Assembly: GCA_964537955.1 (NCBI GenBank)
Contig: CAZICY010000004.1
Coordinates: forward strand, 9,316-73,315
Direction of reading: 5' to 3'
DNA: 64,000 nucleotides
DNA from: an uncultured Actinomyces sp.
GTDB lineage: Bacteria > Actinomycetota > Actinomycetes > S36-B12
Shown one piece after another: positions 60,580 to 64,000 of the stretch. Numbering within the stretch: position 1 is the first letter of the stretch; each line of letters begins with the position of its first letter. The translations under genes and the position numbers were made by a program. The notes under the pieces are model-generated. The model was not told the DNA's origin and ran no database searches. It saw nothing but the letters and a program-made list of their open reading frames with translations.

Positions 60580-61607
60580 GACGATGCCTCCCGCAGTGGC
60601 GTGGTGGTGAGATCGAGGAACGACTCGGCGTTGCCGCCGAGGATGAGGGCGCGTTCATCCTCGCTGAGGAAGTCCGCTCCGCGCACGACCGCGCCCGCGG
60701 GTCGCTCGCCGAGCGGGTAGGGGTAGTCCGAGCCCATCATCACGTGGTCGGCCCCCATGGTGTCGACGAGCAGACGCAGCGCTCGGGGGTCGAAGACGAC
60801 CGAGTCCACGGAGAAGCGGCCCAGGTACGCCGACGGGGGCAGTGTCGAGACGCCGACGACATCGGGGCGCTGGTGCCAGGCGTTCTCCAGGCGGCCGAGC
60901 CAGTAGGGGAAGGAGCCGCCTCCGTGCGCGAAGCAGATGCGCAGCGATGGATCGATCCGGTCGAAGGCACCCCCGAGGATCATCGCCAGGATCGACAGGT
61001 GCGTCTCGGCCGGCATTCCGACGAGCCACTGCGCCATCCAGCGGCTCGTGCGCGCGCTCGCGCCCATGTCCCAGGGGTGCACGAACACGGGCACGCCCAG
61101 TGCGGCGCAGTGCTGCAGGAACTCGACCGTGCCCGGGTCGTCGATATCGCGATCGCCCACGTGGTTGCCGATCTCCACGCCCCGGTGGCCCGCAGCGACG
61201 GCCCGCTCGAGCTCGGTGCAGGCGGCATCGACGTCCTGCAGGGGGACCTGGCAGAAGGGCACCAGGCGCTCGGGCAGACGCCCGCAGATATCGAGCGTCA
61301 GGTCGTTGAAGATGCGGGCGACGGCCGTCGCCTCTGCGGCCGGACGCTCGTAGGAGAAGAAGACGGGGGTGGGTGAGACGACCTGGATATCGACGCCATC
61401 GGCGTCCATGTCGGCGGCGCGGACCTCGGGGTCCCAGCACTGGTCGGTGATGCGCCGGAACTCGGCATCGCCGAGCATGATCATCGCGTCGCGCTCGCCC
61501 TCCAGGCGCAGGCTCGGCCACGGCCCGGGCGCACCGGTCGCCTCGGTAAGGTCCGGCCAGCCGCGCGGGACGTCGTGGGAGTGGACGTCGATGACGGGCA
61601 AGGTCAC
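60576..61607 (-). CDS. 2-amino-3-carboxymuconate-6-semialdehyde decarboxylase-like amidohydrolase (ACMSD)
   Basis: GTG 61607 overlaps the upstream stop. VIDVHSHDVP (HxH metal site), VFVHPWDM, CFAHGGGSFPY and GSDYPYPLGE. Confidence 0.75.
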   Translation of the reverse strand: MTLPVIDVHSHDVPRGWPDLTEATGAPGPWPSLRLEGERDAMIMLGDAEFRRITDQCWDPEVRAADMDADGVDIQVVSPTPVFFSYERPAAEATAVARIFNDLTLDICGRLPERLVPFCQVPLQDVDAACTELERAVAAGHRGVEIGNHVGDRDIDDPGTVEFLQHCAALGVPVFVHPWDMGASARTSRWMAQWLVGMPAETHLSILAMILGGAFDRIDPSLRICFAHGGGSFPYWLGRLENAWHQRPDVVGVSTLPPSAYLGRFSVDSVVFDPRALRLLVDTMGADHVMMGSDYPYPLGERPAGAVVRGADFLSEDERALILGGNAESFLDLTTTPLREASS

Positions 61608-62128
61608 CCCTTGCCGGGATGCAGGTGCCCGCACGAGCCGCAGGTGCGCGCCGACTCGTCGGCGTAGAAGGCCTCGAAGATCGGCGGGAGGTCGGCGGTG
61701 ATGTCGCGCACCTGGAGTTCGACCTCGTGCACCCGCGCGCCGCACTCGGGGCAATACCACTGGAACTTCTCCAGGGTGCCTTCCGCGCGTGGACGCTCGA
61801 AGACCAAGCCGATCGACCCCTCCTCGGGGCGCTGGGGGGAGTGGGGCATGTTGCGCGGCAGCACCCACATCTCGCCCTCGCGGATGTCCACGCGAGCCGG
61901 GCCCTCGGGCGTCATCAGGTTGACGTGCATGTTGCCGCGCACCTGATAGAAGACCTCCTCGTAGGGGTCGACGTGGAAGTCCGTGCGTTGGTTGGGGCCG
62001 CCGACCACCATCACGATGAAGTCCTCGTGACCGGGGAACATCTCCTTGTTCGCCACGGGCGGCTTCAGGCTCGGGCCGTGCTCATCGACCCAGGCATTGA
62101 AGTTGAGGGTCTTGGTCACGTCGGACAT
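61604..62128 (-). CDS. nbaC: 3-hydroxyanthranilate 3,4-dioxygenase
   Basis: Start ATG 62128. RTDFHVDPYEEVFYQVRGNM…GEMWVLPRNMPHSPQR cupin metal site, plus the C-terminal rubredoxin-like CPECG…CGSCG. Confidence 0.85.
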   Translation of the reverse strand: MSDVTKTLNFNAWVDEHGPSLKPPVANKEMFPGHEDFIVMVVGGPNQRTDFHVDPYEEVFYQVRGNMHVNLMTPEGPARVDIREGEMWVLPRNMPHSPQRPEEGSIGLVFERPRAEGTLEKFQWYCPECGARVHEVELQVRDITADLPPIFEAFYADESARTCGSCGHLHPGKG

Positions 62129-62130
62129 GG

Positions 62131-62610
62131 TCACTCCTCTCCTGACGGGACGGCAGAGCGCACGGCCACTGCCTGGATCTCGATGAGCAGATGGGGATGG
62201 GGAAGCTCGCGGACTGCCACGGTGGTGCGAGTCGGGCCCGTGTGGTCGAAGTACTCCGCATACACCTCGTTGTATCCCGCGAAGTCGTCCATGTCGACGA
62301 GGTAGCTCGTCACCTGCACGAGGTCGCCGAGGTCGCAGTCGACTGAGCGGAGGATGTCGCGGATGTTGTCGATGACGGCACGCGTCTGCTCGCGGATGTC
62401 CAAGCGCACCCTGCCATCGGCGTGCACCTGGACGCCGGCGAAGGTGTCGTCGGCTCGTCTGCTGCTCGTGCCCGACACCCACACGAGATCGCCCACGACC
62501 TTGACGTGGGGGTAGGCCCCGCGGGGCGTGGCCTTGCCGGGCACGACACGCGACAGCCCGGCAGGGGCAGGACCTCCGCCTGGCCGGGTCTTGCTCGCGT
62601 CGCCGGACAT
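62131..62610 (-). CDS. RidA/YjgF-family deaminase (candidate 2-aminomuconate deaminase)
   Basis: Start ATG 62610. …[47 protein letters not shown]…[12 protein letters not shown]…IEIQAVA is the RidA pattern. Confidence 0.7.
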   Translation of the reverse strand: MSGDASKTRPGGGPAPAGLSRVVPGKATPRGAYPHVKVVGDLVWVSGTSSRRADDTFAGVQVHADGRVRLDIREQTRAVIDNIRDILRSVDCDLGDLVQVTSYLVDMDDFAGYNEVYAEYFDHTGPTRTTVAVRELPHPHLLIEIQAVAVRSAVPSGEE

Positions 62611-62694
62611 GACCGCATTGTCTGCCCCCGGGGCCATGCTCGGCAATTGCCCATCCGGCGCCGGGCCATGCCCCAGCGGACATAGCCTGGGGGC

Positions 62695-63651
62695 ATGGAC
62701 CAGGTCGCCTCGCCCGAGCGGCTCCTCGACGGCCGCCTCAAGCTGCGCCACCTCGTGCTCGCCACCACGATCGCCGACGCCGGCAGCCTCGCCCGGGCCG
62801 CCGAGCAGCTGCGCATCACGCAGCCCGTGGTGACGCGCGGCCTGCAGGACCTCGAGTCCGTGCTCGGCGTACCGCTCTTCGAGCGCTCCGCACAGGGGGT
62901 GTCTCCGACCGTCTACGGCACGGCGTTCATCGAGCACGCGCGCGGCGTGATCGCGCAGATCCGTCAGGCGGGCCGCGCACTCGGCGATCTTGCGGCCGCC
63001 GACGCGGGCACGGTCACCGTCGGCACCCATCTCGCCGGATCCAATGTCCTGCTGCCGCTCGCCATCGCGCGACTCAAGGCGGCGCACCCGGGCGTGACCG
63101 TCATCGTGCGCGAGTCCACGCCCGATCGGCTGCAGTCACTGCTCCTGGTCGGCGATGTCGACCTCACCGTGGGCCGGCTCACGCCCGCGGATCCGCGGAT
63201 CGACCAGGTGCGGCTCTACGTCGAGCCCATCGTCCTCGTCGTGCGCGCCGATCACCCCGTGCTCGCGGGACGCGTGCCCACCTTCGCGGCCCTCGCGACG
63301 CTGCCCTGGATCGTCCCCGTGGCAGGCACCGCGCTGCGCCGCGAGATGGAGCAGCTCTTCAGCACACAGGGGCTGCCGTGGCCGAGCAACCGCGTCGAGT
63401 GCACCAGCGCACTCACCCTGCGCCGCCTCATCCTCGACGGCGACTGCGTGGCCGCCCTGCCCGAGCTGGTCGCGCTCCACGATGACGACCTCGCCGTGGT
63501 CACCCCGTCAGACGTCGACCTGGCGCGCCTCACCCGTCCCGTCGGCGTGAGCACCGTGCGCGATCGCTGGATGCCGCCGGCGGTGGAGACATTTCTCGAC
63601 GACCTCTCGGTGGTCGCCACGGAGATCCGCGAGCGCGAGCCCGTCTCCTGA
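62695..63651 (+). CDS. LysR-family transcriptional regulator
   Basis: N-terminal [52 protein letters not shown]. It is divergent from the kynurenine-branch operon. Confidence 0.85.
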   Translation: MDQVASPERLLDGRLKLRHLVLATTIADAGSLARAAEQLRITQPVVTRGLQDLESVLGVPLFERSAQGVSPTVYGTAFIEHARGVIAQIRQAGRALGDLAAADAGTVTVGTHLAGSNVLLPLAIARLKAAHPGVTVIVRESTPDRLQSLLLVGDVDLTVGRLTPADPRIDQVRLYVEPIVLVVRADHPVLAGRVPTFAALATLPWIVPVAGTALRREMEQLFSTQGLPWPSNRVECTSALTLRRLILDGDCVAALPELVALHDDDLAVVTPSDVDLARLTRPVGVSTVRDRWMPPAVETFLDDLSVVATEIREREPVS

Positions 63652-63658
63652 CGCTGCC

Positions 63659-64000
63659 TCACTGCAGCAGTGCGCGAGTGAGGGCATCGCGCCTGAGCGC
63701 CGATACAGGCGAGGTGGGGTCCAGGATCTCGTAGTGGGTGTCGCCGGGGATGACGGTGAGTTCGGCGTCGATGCCGTGCGCGCGCAGATGGGCGAGGTAG
63801 GCCTCGCTCTGCGACAGGGGCACGTCGATGTCCTCGGTGCCGTGCAGGAGGAGACGACGCGATCCCGGATCCGGGGCGAGCGCGCCCGGATCCGTCACGG
63901 CGTACCTCTCCGGGACGTCCTCCGGACGCCCGCCCATGAAGGTGTCGATCGCGCCGTCGCCGAGCTTCTCGGCGCTGCCGATTGCCAGGCAGGCGACGGG
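63659..64000 (-). CDS. Alpha/beta hydrolase (esterase/peptidase S9-like), partial; N-terminus lies beyond the window end
   Basis: The frame stays open to position 64000 (checked by hand). C-terminal LLLHGTEDIDVP…GDTHYE carries the catalytic Asp/His region typical of this fold. Confidence 0.55.
   Translation of the reverse strand, partial: PVACLAIGSAEKLGDGAIDTFMGGRPEDVPERYAVTDPGALAPDPGSRRLLLHGTEDIDVPLSQSEAYLAHLRAHGIDAELTVIPGDTHYEILDPTSPVSALRRDALTRALLQ

Noticed and set aside
63659-64000. Calling the partial alpha/beta hydrolase a kynurenine formamidase
   Set aside because: Only the C-terminal ~113 residues are visible and they show a generic esterase/S9 catalytic Asp/His context. The proximity to the kynurenine genes is suggestive but not sufficient evidence.

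Overview
The window looks like a very GC-rich Actinomycetota chromosome, probably Micrococcales-like, though I cannot name the organism. Coding density is high and many genes overlap by ATGA or GTGA. I support about 75 CDS, a tRNA-Glu/Asp/Phe cluster on the minus strand (38755-39035), and two riboswitch-like leaders: a yybP-ykoY/Mn2+-type leader before a lipoprotein-TerC operon, and a SAM-I-clan leader before an ABC-transporter/metY operon. I saw no rRNA, CRISPR array, transposase or integrase. Most long ORFs in the six-frame track are antisense or out-of-frame artefacts of the high GC content. Several real genes start well inside the listed ORF, often at GTG, so I re-derived those starts by hand. 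Functional themes: sulfur/methionine assimilation (30.2-38.5 kb), gamma-glutamyl metabolism (49-53 kb), lipid/CoA metabolism (54-58 kb), a kynurenine-branch gene cluster (59.3-63.7 kb), and many small exported proteins and lipoproteins. Observations most worth follow-up: (1) a three-gene SipW-like archaeal-type signal peptidase plus two TasA/camelysin-like exported proteins (28098-29971), which may form an actinobacterial fibre/matrix module; (2) a Tat-signal flavin amine oxidase whose canonical C-terminal FAD-binding segment sits at the N-terminus, i.e. an apparent circular permutation (41446-42813); (3) a perfect 38-bp direct repeat of the tRNA-Phe 3' end bracketing a 3.6-kb integrase-less Rrf2 + sulfonate-type ABC cassette (35119-38790); (4) a lipoprotein whose mature part is almost entirely an (Asn-Gln)n tract encoded by a CAGAAC microsatellite. 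All functional calls rest on motif recognition by eye. No database search or structure prediction was run.
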